DNA of 63,653 bases, counting the filler, from Octopus bimaculoides (taxonomy: Eukaryota), in the NCBI RefSeq assembly GCF_001194135.2. It is 7 parts of 6 records of this genome, joined end to end, with 100 filler letters (N's around TTAATTAATTAA, not from the genome) between each part and the next. Parts side by side here need not be neighbours in the genome. Positions count along the whole stretch, not along the records: positions 10,736 to 35,495 come from NC_068992.1; 6 more parts are not named here. The stretch is one strand, 5' to 3'. Below, in pieces: positions 11,680 through 25,035 of the stretch (positions are counted from its first letter, which is position 1; every line of letters starts with the position of its first letter). A model generated the notes under the pieces. That model was not told the DNA's origin. It worked only from the letters and a program-made list of their open reading frames with translations, and searched no databases. Both the position numbers and the translations under genes were made by a program.

Positions 11680-13409
11680 NNNNNNNNNNNNNNNNNNNNN
11701 NNNNNNNNNNNNNNNNNNNNNNNNNNNNNNNNNNNNNNNNNNNNNNNNNNNNNNNNNNNNNNNNNNNNNNNNNNNNNNNNNNNNNNNNNNNNNNNNNNNN
11801 NNNNNNNNNNNNNNNNNNNNNNNNNNNNNNNNNNNNNNNNNNNNNNNNNNNNNNNNNNNNNNNNNNNNNNNNNNNNNNNNNNNNNNNNNNNATATATATA
11901 TATATATATATATACATATATGGACTGGACAATATATAATATATATATTTATATTATGTATGTATATATATATATGTTTATATACGTACGTGGACTGGAC
12001 AATATATAATATATATGTATGTATATATACATATACATGTAAAGAGAGAAAGAGAGAGATAAGTTGGTATATTGCGGTAAATACAGCATTGACAAAAATT
12101 GTTACTATAACACATTGTATGCGTGTGTACACACACATACATACATACATACATACATACATACATACATACATACTCACACACATGCATGTATATAAAG
12201 GAAGAAAGACAAATAGCTAAATGCTCATATAAGCAAATGGAATGTAAATGTAACTTTCCGTTTACGCCTTATTTGAAGTTGAGAAGAAAATAAATATTTA
12301 AGCAATTGTGTTAAATGTGAATACGTTTTCAACGATGGATATGTGTACCCTGTACAACATTACAACTACGGAGATGTTTTGTATATTTGTGTGCACAACA
12401 GAACCAGCAAAATTCGATTAATTTTATACAAATCAATCTGACGAAAATTTAAATTTCCAGGTAAACTTGTGTCTAGTAATACAGCCTGGCAGCTAGGAAA
12501 CTTGATTGAATCCTTCAACAATAACAGCAGCTGTCAATACAAACAGATTTTGATGTACTGGTTGCTCCCTTTTCAAGCAATTTCATTCGTTCAGTTAAGA
12601 GCATGGATTTCCAGGAAATTAAATGTTTCTAACTACTGTCAAAACGCGTTACTTCATTAACTGCATAGACAAGTACGAAAGCGTACAAATAAAGTTAACA
12701 AGAAAGATAACAAGAAACACAAAAAAAAATAAATAAATAAACCTATAGCAACAATATAATCAGCTATATAAAAGCAATGGGAAGCATTTTCCGTTTCGCA
12801 TCGACCAATTCCGTGCAATCAGAATATTGTCCAATATCAAACTTCGAAATGCGTAATGCTCTAAGTCATTTCTCTGTTGCCGAATATACAAATAGAAGAA
12901 AACAACTATTAAACCCGGAACATTTTTTTTTATTGGAATGCTATAAAGCTTAATATAAAACAAAAATATAAAGCACCACTGCAAAAAAGAAAAAAAAATG
13001 GAGCGTTGTTAAATAAAAGATTTTCTTAATTACGAACGGGTTTTATAGTTAGAAGGGAATTCAGGAATAAGTGTAATACGAAAAATTACCAACTGATTGT
13101 TAATGACAGAAATAAAGTAATTCAGCGCTGTAATTAAAACGAAGCTGCAGAAATCGTTTAACACTTATCCCTGTTACACAAAGAAACTGTTTTTATTTCT
13201 TTATCCTGTTATTGTTCTTTAACCGCCAGATCGGTTTTGATTGAACAGATCTATAATCAAATACTTTCTCATCATTCCACTCCAAAAAAGTTAATCCAAG
13301 AACGCGTTAAGTGACGTGCATCACCATTTTTGAGACGGCAGTATGTGATTTAAAAGACGTTTTCCTGTGGTATCAAGCTGGTTGAGCAAGCGTGAAGAAT
13401 CTGCACGCT

Positions 13410-13755
13410 CAGTGGTTTACAACCGAAGTCGATACGATCCCTTTTGGTTCGTAGAAGATTTTGGCGGGGTAAACACTAGCAAAATTGTAAATTGGATTCA
13501 CTTTTAGTATTTTATGGGTCCGTGAAAAAATATCTGCGTCAGCTGTATCTATTGCAAGAAACAGTTAGGTTTCTTTTTCTGACGTTTTACATACTTCAGC
13601 CTACACGAATGAATGTGTGACCAACAAAATAGGAATTTTGAAAGAAATATCTGTAAATCTAGTTATGAAATATCGAATGGCTATGGGGTCCAGCAGAATA
13701 AAATAGTAATCGAAAAGGTCCATAGATTAAAAAACAAAATGGCTGAGAACCACTG
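13410..13755. mobile_element. hAT/Charlie-like MITE
   Basis: CAGTGGTTTACAACC ... GGCTGAGAACCACTG TIRs (12 of 15 match). The 8-bp flanks do not match each other. Confidence 0.45.
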
Positions 13756-14407
13756 ATGTAGATAATCAATCTTTGATTTTCCGTTCTTCTCAAAAACTGA
13801 TTGATGAAAAGATACCAAACGCTGGAATAGTACTGATGTTATTTATTGATCTAAATGAGTTTCAAGTCTATTGAACTAACTTCCTTGAACGTCATACTTT
13901 TAGATATCTTCAGGAATTCTATTCAGCGCTGCTTATATTCTTGCTCAATTATAGATAAATGACCATAATTGTTTGGTTGTCGTCATCCAATGATCCTGAG
14001 TAGTCATTATAATAAGGCTGTTTTAATAAAAGATTCAATGAATTAACTCTGGCCGTGTCTTCTTTAATGTTGGGAATGATGTAGTCTTGAGGTCTAGGAG
14101 CCACACATTTAAACCTGTTGAGTAATCGTTAGAGATTTTACACCTACACAGAACAAAATGTAGGTTGACTGACTATATAAAAGCATTTACTCCTGACTTG
14201 ATAGGAAACTGATCTTTTAATCGTTATGAAAGTAAGTTCTTTAAGTGATAGTTTGTGGTGGTGCCCTTACTGGATGTAAGGACGAAGCAAAGATCTAGAA
14301 TGGTTTGATGGTCGTAGGTGATTTGAAAGGACATGAAATGATTGGTGAAAACGGCGTTTGTTGTCCTGCTAAGTTGCCTCTGAAGATAGCGGAAGAATAT
14401 TTGTTAG

Positions 14408-14915
14408 GTTTTAATTGTATCAGTCAGTAAACTGCGACCATTCTGGGGCACCGAACTGAAGCATTTTAGTTGAACGAATCGACTCCAACTTTGTTTTTTT
14501 GAAAGCCTGGTACTCATACTGTCTGATGCTTTTGCCCAAAACTGCTAAGTTACTGGGATGTAAACACACCAACACGGGTTGTCAATCGGTGATGGGAGAC
14601 AAACACAGACACGAAGATACATGCACACGCATATCTATATATGCGCATGCGCGGATGTGTGAGAGAGAGTATGTGTGTGAGTATGTGTGTTCTCGTGTGT
14701 CTGTGTCCCTACACCCACCGCTTGACAACCCGTGTTGGTTTGTTGATGTTCATGTAACTTAGCGGTTCGGTATAAGCGTCCGATAGAATATGTACCAGGC
14801 TTAAAACATAAGATAAGTACTGGGGTTGATTCGTTCGACTAAAGTTCTTCAAGTCGGTGTCCCAGCATGGCCGCAGCCCAATGACTGAAAGAAAACAACG
14901 ATGAAAGGTAAAGAT
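14408..14915. mobile_element. Two partial SINE family A 3' halves in opposite orientation (14408-14610 minus, 14700-14915 plus)
   Basis: Shared GTAACTTAGCGGTTCGG and CCAGCATGGCCGCAG motifs. Confidence 0.75.
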
Positions 14916-14920
14916 GATAC

Positions 14921-15117
14921 AAGCAGCGGAATACGGTTAAAAAGGTTTGTTTATAAGAAAACCATCCGGCTTCCTGTGACTCATGAAAAATAAGCTCCAG
15001 TATGGTCGCTTGTAAAAATAATATAAGCAGTGGAATACAGTTAAAAAGTATTGTTCATAAGAAAACCATCCGGCTTCCTGTGACTCATGTAAGAGAAGCT
15101 CCAGTATGGTCTCTTGT
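14921..15117. repeat. Two-copy tandem duplication, 104-bp period
   Basis: AAGCAG.GGAATAC...CCATCCGGCTTCCTGTGACTCATG...GCTCCAGTATGGTC at 14921 and 15025. Confidence 0.9.
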
Positions 15118-15561
15118 TTTGTATAAAACAAGACAAAGATCTACAAACTAGAGAAGATTTACATTACTACTTCAAACAAGCGCTGGTTGCATTCTCTGGT
15201 AGTTTTTCTCGGAGACATAGAAAGAGGCGGTAATCCAGAATGGTCTTCTATGTGATGTCTGCAACAAACTAAAGAATGGAAGAACTGAGGAACTTATGAA
15301 ATATTTCCACTTAAAACAAATTTGGCTGGAATCTCTTATGATATTACAGTCTCTTGTTTATTTGAAAATGGTTCTTTTATCTACGAAGAAAGCATTGGTA
15401 TCAGAAAAAAAAAGTATATTGTGCGTAGTTGACTAAATAGGTTATATGTATCTTTTGTTAGAGGGAAGTATATAAACTTTTCTCATCCATGATTAAGCCC
15501 CCCTCCACGCACATATATGTATGCATGTATATTTGTGTGTGTATGGGAATATACGAATATG

Positions 15562-15601
<40 letters not shown>

Positions 15602-15613
15602 GATATATATATA

Positions 15614-15657
<44 letters not shown>

Positions 15658-15704
15658 ATATATATGATATATATATATATATATACATATATATAATGTG
15701 TGTG

Positions 15705-15748
<44 letters not shown>

Positions 15749-16069
15749 CGCACACATTATATATATGCATGTGTCTTAGGTATGAATGTACGTATATTCT
15801 TTTGTTTCTACTAGATATGTCTATGTGTTTGCATGTATGCGTATAGAGAAACGCAGATATGCACAGGCGCAGAACCACACACACACACACACATTCACAT
15901 ATACTGTACACATATGTGTGTATGCGTGCGTGAGTGCATGTATGTTTATGGATATATACGCCTATGAATTATATATCTTAATTAAGTTAAAATAGTAGTT
16001 CAATAACTCGACTTCCTACCGTTTGTACAGCGCATGCACAGAAGTCCAGTAATATTATTTTTACGCTTC

Positions 16070-16250
16070 TCTAAAGGTGGTGAGCTGAAAGAATCGTTAG
16101 CACGCCGGACGAAATGCATAGCTGTATTTTGCTCGTCTCTACATTCTGAGTTCAAATTCCGCCAAGGTTGATTTTGTCTCTCACTCTTTCGGGATCCATA
16201 AAATAAGTAACATTTAAGTTCTGGGGTCAATGTAATCGAATGTACTCCTC
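16070..16250 (+). mobile_element. SINE family B
   Basis: Head and B-box as in the 3393 copy. Confidence 0.8.
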
Positions 16251-16437
16251 CCCTAAGATTCCCGCCTTCTGCCTATAATAAAAATGATATGTATATGTGA
16301 ACAAATTATAAATGGCAACCAAAATAATAAACTGAACAATAAAATAATTTGATCCTTAAATGATAAATTCAATTCAATTTTATGATTTTATAGAAATAAA
16401 TGACACCTAACTAAATTTTTATATATATATATATATA

Positions 16438-16610
16438 GGCGTAGGAGTGGCTGTGTGGTAAGTAGCATGCTTATGAACCACATAGTTCCGGGTTCAGTCC
16501 CACTGCGTGACACCTTGGGCAAGTGTCTTCTACTTATAGCCTCGGATCGACCAAAGCCTTGTGAGTGGATTTGGTAAACGGAAACTGAAAGAAGCCTGTC
16601 GTATATATGT
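16438..16610 (+). mobile_element. SINE family A 5' half
   Basis: GGCGTAGGAGTGGCTGTGTGGTAAG head. Confidence 0.88.
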
Positions 16611-16619
16611 ATAAAAGCG

Positions 16620-17667
16620 CAGCATAGTAATGTTTTCCCGATCCCTTATTGTCAAAGTTCGAAAGATGCTGGGAGCTGCTGTCTGGGATCCAACATCAGC
16701 AGCTAAGCGCAAAAGACATGCACAGGATCCCAATACCTCAGAACACTTAACTTTATACAAAAAGCCCAAGAAATAATCAATAAAACCCCCAGAATGTCAA
16801 TCAGAACCATTGCAACCGACATAAGTTTTTCTGAATTCCCCATCAGAAGAGCTGTGCATGAGAACAACCAGTACAAATCGTATATGATGCAGAGGGGATT
16901 ATTTCATATCGGATGTGACAAGAGAGAATCGTCCGAGTCGTGCAAAGCGCTTGCTAAACAAGTTAAAACAACAGGAGACTGAATGCTTTGGTTTTGGTCC
17001 TGTTAGAACGACAAATAGTTATGCAGAGACACGAAAGAGGTTCCAATGTCAGGCATGCTAAGTTCCCAGCAACTGTAATGGTTCTGAGAGTCGCCAACAA
17101 CGAGAAAGTTGCTATGCCTCCTCACTTTTTTCACAGGGCTTAAGAATCAATGCCGCTGTCTCTACAAAGGTGTTGGAGTAATTGGTGAGGCCTTGGATAG
17201 ACAGAATACGCAACGGAAGATCCCATGCCGCCGAGAACGACTCAGCACTGCCTCATAAAGTGAGAACAACCCGGGCGTGGATATATGCCAGTCTCTATCA
17301 CCATGTTCTTCCAGATACATTGCCTTCTAGATCACAAGACCTCAATCAACTGGACTATTACGTACGGGGCGTAGTTGAGAGATAAGTCAATAAACACCCT
17401 CATAACACCATAGAATCTCTCATTCCGCCACAACCAGCACCAGCACTATATTCAAAATTGATAAAGATCATTTGATTCAAGTATAGTAACACTTCCGGCT
17501 CCGTATTGAAGCAGCCATCAATGATAAGGATGGATTAGTTGAATAGGTGTGATAAAAGGATTCTCGAGAATTTGTGTAAGAATTTTCAAATACAACTCTT
17601 CTTTGATTAGTTATGCGTTTTTTTTAAAATTCATACACGTGACCTCAAAAGAACTGTCGCACCAGTA
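16620..17667 (+). mobile_element. Decayed maT/DD37D (Tc1-mariner superfamily) transposon
   Basis: IRRAVHE..YKSY, KFPATVMVL, and VRPWID...NDSALPH...QDLNQLDYY with exactly 37 residues between the 2nd and 3rd Asp. Probable right TIR ends at ACCAGTA (17667). Confidence 0.88.
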
Positions 17668-17764
17668 CTTATATGCGTGCGTGTGTGTGTGTGAAGCATC
17701 CCTATATATGTGTGCACGTGTGTGTGTGAAGCATCCCTATATATGTGTGCACGTGTGTGTGTGT

Positions 17765-17975
17765 ATCTATGTATTTGTTCTTGTCCCTTCGACATCACTG
17801 ATCAAACGGTGTCGGTTTGTTTAAGTCCCCGTACCATAGTGTTTCGCTAAAAGTAACCGATAAAATAACCACACAGAGGTTTTTTTAAAGACATAATGGG
17901 CTTTCTTTTTTCGACTAAACGCTTCACACGGTACCTAGCATGGCCGTAGACCAGTGATTTAAACAAGTAAAGCAT
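17765..17975 (+). mobile_element. SINE family A 3' half, diverged
   Basis: Body and tail motifs. Confidence 0.7.
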
Positions 17976-18419
17976 AAACACCATACATTAACAGGTATAT
18001 GTATACACTTGGAAAGGTACGTACATGTATACATACATACGTGCATACATGCATGCTGTAATTGTTATCGCGCCATTATCCAAACCCCTGCAATGGTGTT
18101 TCTTTCATCGTTACAAACCAGCACATCCCTTCTAGGAAGAAGTGTGAAGAGAGTAAAAAACAAAAGCACATATTTATACATAAATATATGCATACGTATA
18201 TGCAAGCATCCACACATTCATATAATCAAACGTATCAGTAAGATTTGTCTCTGTCAGTTAACTGACTTCTGTACACGAACCTATATACAAATATATAATT
18301 TCATAATTATATTCACGGCTCCATGCTGACACTTACACACACATGAACCCTTCCGCAAACAGATGTATATATATATATGTATGTATGTGTATGTATGTAT
18401 GTATGTATATATATTTCTC

Positions 18420-18453
<34 letters not shown>

Positions 18454-20269
18454 NNNNNNNNNNNNNNNNNNNNNNNNNNNNNNNNNNNNNNNNNNNNNNN
18501 NNNNNNNNNNNNNNNNNNNNNNNNNNNNNNNNNNNNNNNNNNNNNNNNNNNNNNNNNNNNNNNNNNNNNNNNNNNNNNNNNNNNNNNNNNNNNNNNNNNN
18601 NNNNNNNNNNNNNNNNNNNNNNNNNNNNNNNNNNNNNNNNNNNNNNNNNNNNNNNNNNNNNNNNNNNNNNNNNNNNNNNNNNNNNNNNNNNNNNNNNNNN
18701 NNNNNNNNNNNNNNNNNNNNNNNNNNNNNNNNNNNNNNNNNNNNNNNNNNNNNNNNNNNNNNNNNNNNNNNNNNNNNNNNNNNNNNNNNNNNNNNNNNNN
18801 NNNNNNNNNNNNNNNNNNNNNNNNNNNNNNNNNNNNNNNNNNNNNNNNNNNNNNNNNNNNNNNNNNNNNNNNNNNNNNNNNNNNNNNNNNNNNNNNNNNN
18901 NNNNNNNNNNNNNNNNNNNNNNNNNNNNNNNNNNNNNNNNNNNNNNNNNNNNNNNNNNNNNNNNNNNNNNNNNNNNNNNNNNNNNNNNNNNNNNNNNNNN
19001 NNNNNNNNNNNNNNNNNNNNNNNNNNNNNNTATATATATATCTTTATACACACGTGTGTGTGTATGTGCATGTGTGTATAGTATATGCTTGTATGATTGC
19101 ATACATATATAATTACATCTCCATTTATACAGGCATCTAGTATATTAAATGTATGTACTTGTGCGATTTGCTACGAAATGCATTAAACCATTTTCATAGG
19201 ATGTGGATATTTCAAACAGAAATCAAAATAGGTTCTTTTTGTGTCTTATTACCTTTGCGTCTTCAATTCCACCTTAGAGGCAGATTGTAGCTATTTTAAA
19301 TATAATCAATATATCGATTTGTTTCAGGAGAGATGACTATCTGTCGAGTGTTCCCAAGACTCTATTGTACTGCTTGTGACTTTGCAAACCAGTTCCATAC
19401 GAAATGTCTATCACTCTATACAGAGCGCTATAGTTCTAGAGAATATAATATTAAACAGCAATTAGCATTCACCCACAAGTATAGAAACACCTCCGCAAAT
19501 ACAAATGCATCACACACACACACACACACATACACACACACACATATACGCACACACACAAACAGAAACACACACGCAAACACACATAGACACACACACA
19601 TACACACAGGCGCACGCACGGATATACTCACACGCAGACACATCTCTTGAAACGCAAATACACATACGCGCACACACACATACACGTATTTATTAGATTT
19701 CGTAATGAACCCAGCCATCAACACCACCACCACCACCACCACCACCACCACCACTAACAGCAACAACAACACTACCACCACCACCACCNNNNNNNNNNNN
19801 NNNNNNNNNNNNNNNNNNNNNNNNNNNNNNNNNNNNNNNNNNNNNNNNNNNNNNNNNNNNNNNNNNNNNNNNNNNNNNNNNNNNNNNNNNNNNNNNNNNN
19901 NNNNNNNNNNNNNNNNNNNNNNNNNNNNNNNNNNNNNNNNNNNNNNNNNNNNNNNNNNNNNNNNNNNCACCACCACTTCCACCACCACAGCGCCAGCATC
20001 ACCACCACTACCATCATCATCATCATCAACATTTTGATGGTGATCTTTCTCATATAATCGACCCTCACATCATTATGATCATGTGGCGATGATGATGGTA
20101 ACGACGATAGTGATGATGATGATGTCGTCGATGATGATGAAGATGTCGATGCCGATGATGATGATATATGATATATGATAAGTGTCCTTCTTCCATTCCC
20201 CCTTCCTGAACCTCACCGTTGCCCTCGTCGTAATAACCGTCTGCCCCGGCACATGCGGTCGTCTGCCCG

Positions 20270-20515
20270 CGAAAGCAACGTGCATGTGGCTGAGTGCTCC
20301 ACAGAGACGTGTACTCTTAACATACTTCTCAGGGAGATTCAGCATGACAAAGAATGTGACAAGACTGGCCCTTTGAAATATAGGTACTACTCATTTTTGG
20401 CAGCTGAGTGGACTGGGGCAATGTGAAACAAAGTATGCTGCTGAATGGTACAACGCATCACCGGGAATTGAACTCACAACCATATAATCGTGAGCTGAAT
20501 GTTCTAGTCTCTAAA
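20270..20515 (-). mobile_element. tRNA-Arg-type SINE, 3'-truncated
   Basis: Same 3' domain plus a GCAGCTGAGTGGACTGG segment. Confidence 0.8.
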
Positions 20516-21284
20516 CCAGCCACCTTTTACTCTAACATAATTACCAAATGGCAGTTAAGATTGGTTCCACTTCAGCAGAGAAGATAATCTCAGAAATCAA
20601 AAATTCCTCCAAAATTGAGATTCCATTAAGGAAAAGGTCAGGCTTTTTGCCTGGAGACAAACGAGTGATGTGGAGACATGTTGCTGGCTCAATATCCGTT
20701 ATCAACACGAAACCGGTCAGTAGCCAAGGAGTTAGATTTATATAAAAACGGGTAGAACTCATTTTTGTCTCAAGTAATCTGCGTAATTTGAACAAAAGCT
20801 AGCCAAGTCAAATAACTCAAACTGCTGGTAGCAAAGTGAATTTAACCTTTTAGCTTCCAGATTACTCCGTCAGATGTAATGTTTATTGACTCACCGTTTT
20901 GATTTAATCAGGCATTATTTGGTGTCTTCAAGATGTTGATGTGGCGGCTGTTTATTCTTAGAAGGACATTGTAAGGTAGGCTTCCAGAAGCCAGATCTGG
21001 CCAGATTGAACATAAAACAGGGAGAATATTTGGGACAGACATGGTCGATTTTAATGCTAAAGGTTTAAATAGCCATTTTAATATCAACACACCCGAGACC
21101 GCTCCTGGTTCTATGATATAAACTTCGATTATTAATGTGATCTAAATTAAAATGATCTTCTATTAAAATATCATAACAATTTATGTTGCAAACACAAGTT
21201 CATAAACGAAACTGATTTTACAAAAAGTTGTCATTGTTTTCTAAGCGTTTTCTTTCTACTACCGGCACGAGGTATGCTTTCTTG

Positions 21285-21440
21285 TGGGAGGAGATGGGGG
21301 TAGTGGTCAATTACATCGATCTCAGTTTTCAGCTGGTGCTTATTTTATAGACCCCGAAAGGACGAAAGGGAAGGTCGACTCCGGCAGAATTTGAATTGAG
21401 GACTTAAATCCGTAAGAAATTCCACTAAATATTTCGTCCG
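21285..21440 (-). mobile_element. SINE family B
   Basis: Reverse complement of GTCGAC...CCTTTCGGGGTC.ATAAAATAAG.ACCAG. Confidence 0.75.
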
Positions 21441-23414
21441 GCAATGCATTTCAATGGACATGTGGTAAGAAAAGGGACTCTTCTTGATTATAAATCAGAG
21501 AACAACTGGTGTTAGGTACCAAAGTTAAGTAGATAAGTGACCCATGAATAGTAATGTTTCAATACAACATACACTCCAGTGTCATCATAGCAAATGAACC
21601 AGTGTCATAATAACAAATGAATAATTGAGTATTTCTGTCTGTGCTTATTCTTCTTCTTGTTCCTTCCACACCACAGATTAGTTTTTTATTCATCATGGAA
21701 CAGCGATCTATATTTCTCGCTTACCTACTCGGTAGAATTCATATCATATCGCCAAGCAAAGTCCGTTTACTATTATATATTTAAAACCTGCAGATCGATG
21801 AAATGGGTCTTTTTTTTTTTTTAGAAAAAAGAATATACAATATGCTAAGTAAGTAACTTAGAAAATATAATCAGAGTTCTACATTTTATACATACACAGC
21901 ATTAAACGGGCGGAGTCCTTTAGCGGACAATTAGTTCAACGAAGATAATCGTTTCTTCATATTTGGCTGGATTTAAAGTTTGAACACGATATTTAGGAAT
22001 AAGGAAGAAGTTGCATAGAATATGCGTATTCAATTTTTATTCCTTTCTTATTACGAAAATCTTAACATTTTATGTCTTAGTTAATTACGCATAGCACCAC
22101 TTCATTCTTTTTAGAAACCCTCAGCATGGTATCCTCTGAGATATACAAATCAGACATTAACTTTATCAGTATATTAATTTCATTGATATAGTTTTGCTCT
22201 ATCAACAGCGGAGCAAAACTATATTAGCACAGCTCTTATATTGTTATTGTAATTTCGCGTCACAACCGCTCCCTTATCGCAGGCCTAATATCAAAGTTAT
22301 TCATACCGTGACCACCCTCTCTTCCTACAGACTCATACTTCTTTTTTAGAACAGAACCGTCTGATTTAAGCTGATATAGCTTACAATATAGGTGACTATA
22401 ATTTATGAGCCCTATGGTCACCACGATTAAACTGTAGGTGATGCTTTTATCTAAACTCAGTTCAGCCCAGCTGGTGTAAAATTATAATCAAAATCATTTA
22501 AGATATGATGATACCGTTATTTATTTTTATACGTCGAACTGCATTGAATCACATGTCTATCTACTTTTTAATACGGTAACATATGATAATCCTGTGATCT
22601 GGCTACTATTTTTAGAAGATCATGCAACTCCATACATTCAACAAGCTCTTCCATTCTCGACTACCTACATACCCATAACCCCATTGCTAGAAATAACCCT
22701 GTAGCCACTGACCTTAGCCAGAACGGATACAATTATTTACTACTAGATTTCCTCTCCAACACCTGTAGAATTTAAGACTACCACAGACAGTACGACTCCC
22801 TTGAAATTTCTTCCACTTTGCTCTTTTTTCTTACCCTATCTTCCTCTACCTCCTCATCCTCTGTCTTATCTTCTCAGCTACCCCGTACACAATTCTTAGA
22901 CATCATACGCCTATACTCCTTATTTTATCCTAAGTCCAATCCTTAACCCTCACTCTATCTATCTCTCTTTCTATTTATTTTCTTTTCTTTCTTTTTACTA
23001 CTTAATAACCACCTCCGTTACTATTCTGTTACTGAACGATATGTTCGCGTCTTTTTTTCTCTGCATGCTTACTACATCAGGATTTTAACGCACATGGATC
23101 TACGCAGGATTGCACCTAAGGAATTACGCTCTTGTTTTTAGAACATCGGAAAGTTGAATTATGAACTTTTAAACTTCTTTTTTCCTCCTCTCTCTCTCTC
23201 TTTCTTCATCCCCTTATTTCTTTACTGCCTTCCTCAATGTCGACATCTCATTACTATATACCATTCTCATTTTCACTATTTTTCCCTATTTGTCTCTGAT
23301 GACAGAGTATCCCATTCTTGGGGATAACTCAGAAACAACTGCAAGACATTGAATTTTTCGCATAGTACTTGAGATGTTTGCCTTGCTTTAATTTATATAT
23401 AGGTGTGTATATGT

Positions 23415-23620
23415 TTGTGTATCTGTGTTTGTCACGCCTCACCATCATTTGACTACCGATACTGGTGTGTTTATGTCCCCCGTATCTAGCGGCTCGGCAG
23501 AAGAGATCGATAAAATAAGTACTAGGCTTACAGAGAAGGAGTCACGGGGTCGATTTGTTCGACTAAAGGCGGAGCCCCACATGGCCGCACTCAGATGATT
23601 GAAACAGATAAAAGAGAAAA
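23415..23620 (+). mobile_element. SINE family A 3' half
   Basis: Body and tail motifs. Confidence 0.8.
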
Positions 23621-23633
23621 AGAACAAAAACGT

Positions 23634-23666
<33 letters not shown>

Positions 23667-24273
23667 NNNNNNNNNNNNNNNNNNNNNNNNNNNNNNNNNN
23701 NNNNNNNNNNNNNNNNNNNNNNNNNNNNNNNNNNNNNNNNNNNNNNNNNNNNNNNNNNNNNNNNNNNNNNNNNNNNNNNNNNNNNNNNNNNNNNNNNNNN
23801 NNNNNNNNNNNNNNNNNNNNNNNNNNNNNNNNNNNNNNNNNNNNNNNNNNNNNNNNNNNNNNNNNNNNNNNNNNNNNNNNNNNNNNNNNNNNNNNNNNNN
23901 NNNNNNNNNNNNNNNNNNNNNNNNNNNNNNNNNNNNNNNNNNNNNNNNNNNNNNNNNNNNNNNNNNNNNNNNNNNNNNNNNNNNNNNNNNNNNNNNNNNN
24001 NNNNNNNNNNNNNNNNNNNNNNNNNNNNNNNNNNNNNNNNNNNNNNNNNNNNNNNNNNNNNNNNNNNNNNNNNNNNNNNNNNNNNNNNNNNNNNNNNNNN
24101 NNNNNNNNNNNNNNNNNNNNNNNNNNNNNNNNNNNNNNNNNNNNNNNNNNNNNNNNNNNNNNNNNNNNNNNNNNNNNNNNNNNNNNNNNNNNNNNNNNNN
24201 NNNNNNNNNNATTGAGTGTTCAATATAAAGGATCAAATATATAAATATATAAATATAAATATATATATATAAA

Positions 24274-24313
24274 GGCGACTCGAGTTTCAGGGCTATTTCC
24301 CTTCGTCATGGCC
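24274..24313 (-). ncRNA. Minimal hammerhead-like motif with a one-base core insertion
   Basis: GGC-C(A)UGACGA-AGGG AAAUAG CCCU-GAA-ACUCGAGU-C-GCC; the stem III region is an 8-nt palindrome. Confidence 0.45.
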
Positions 24314-24361
<48 letters not shown>

Positions 24362-24801
24362 AAAGGCGGTGCTCAAGCATGGCCACGGTCAAATGACTGA
24401 AACAAGTAAAAGAGTAAAAGAGATACACACACACACGTGTGTAGGTCTGTGTGTGTAAGTGAATGTGTGTGTGTGTTGTATAATATGTTTTGTATTCACG
24501 ACAAATAAACAATTAAATCAATGTTCATTATAAAGTATTATACCCCGAATCTACATCTGTTGCATCACTTGTAATATTAGCTTTAATAGACAAACAAAGC
24601 ATAATATATTATGGAAAAACAGAAGAACAATAAAAACATCATTTGAAATAGTTCATTTCCTATATTCGTTTCAATAATGGAAATATTATTACCCCTGTGT
24701 GCAATGCTTGCATCATTTCCTCTGTGAATTTTAATCATAGTGACATATCACGGCTATTGTTTTCCTGTCGTCTGTTTCATCTCTCCCTATGTATATGTGC
24801 A

Positions 24802-24841
<40 letters not shown>

Positions 24842-24988
24842 TTTTACTAATTTAACTCCTTGGACTGTAACCATGATGATACACCGCCTTGAAGTACTTA
24901 GTCTAACGGTAACGAGGGACCAACGGAAACATACGCACACATGCAGACACACACACATGTACACATGCACACACATACATATATATTG

Positions 24989-25035
<47 letters not shown>

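Noticed and set aside
12455-12984. ORFs 12469-12660 (+) and 12760-12984 (-) as exons
   Set aside because: Acceptor-like sites exist, but there is no matching donor and no recognisable homology.
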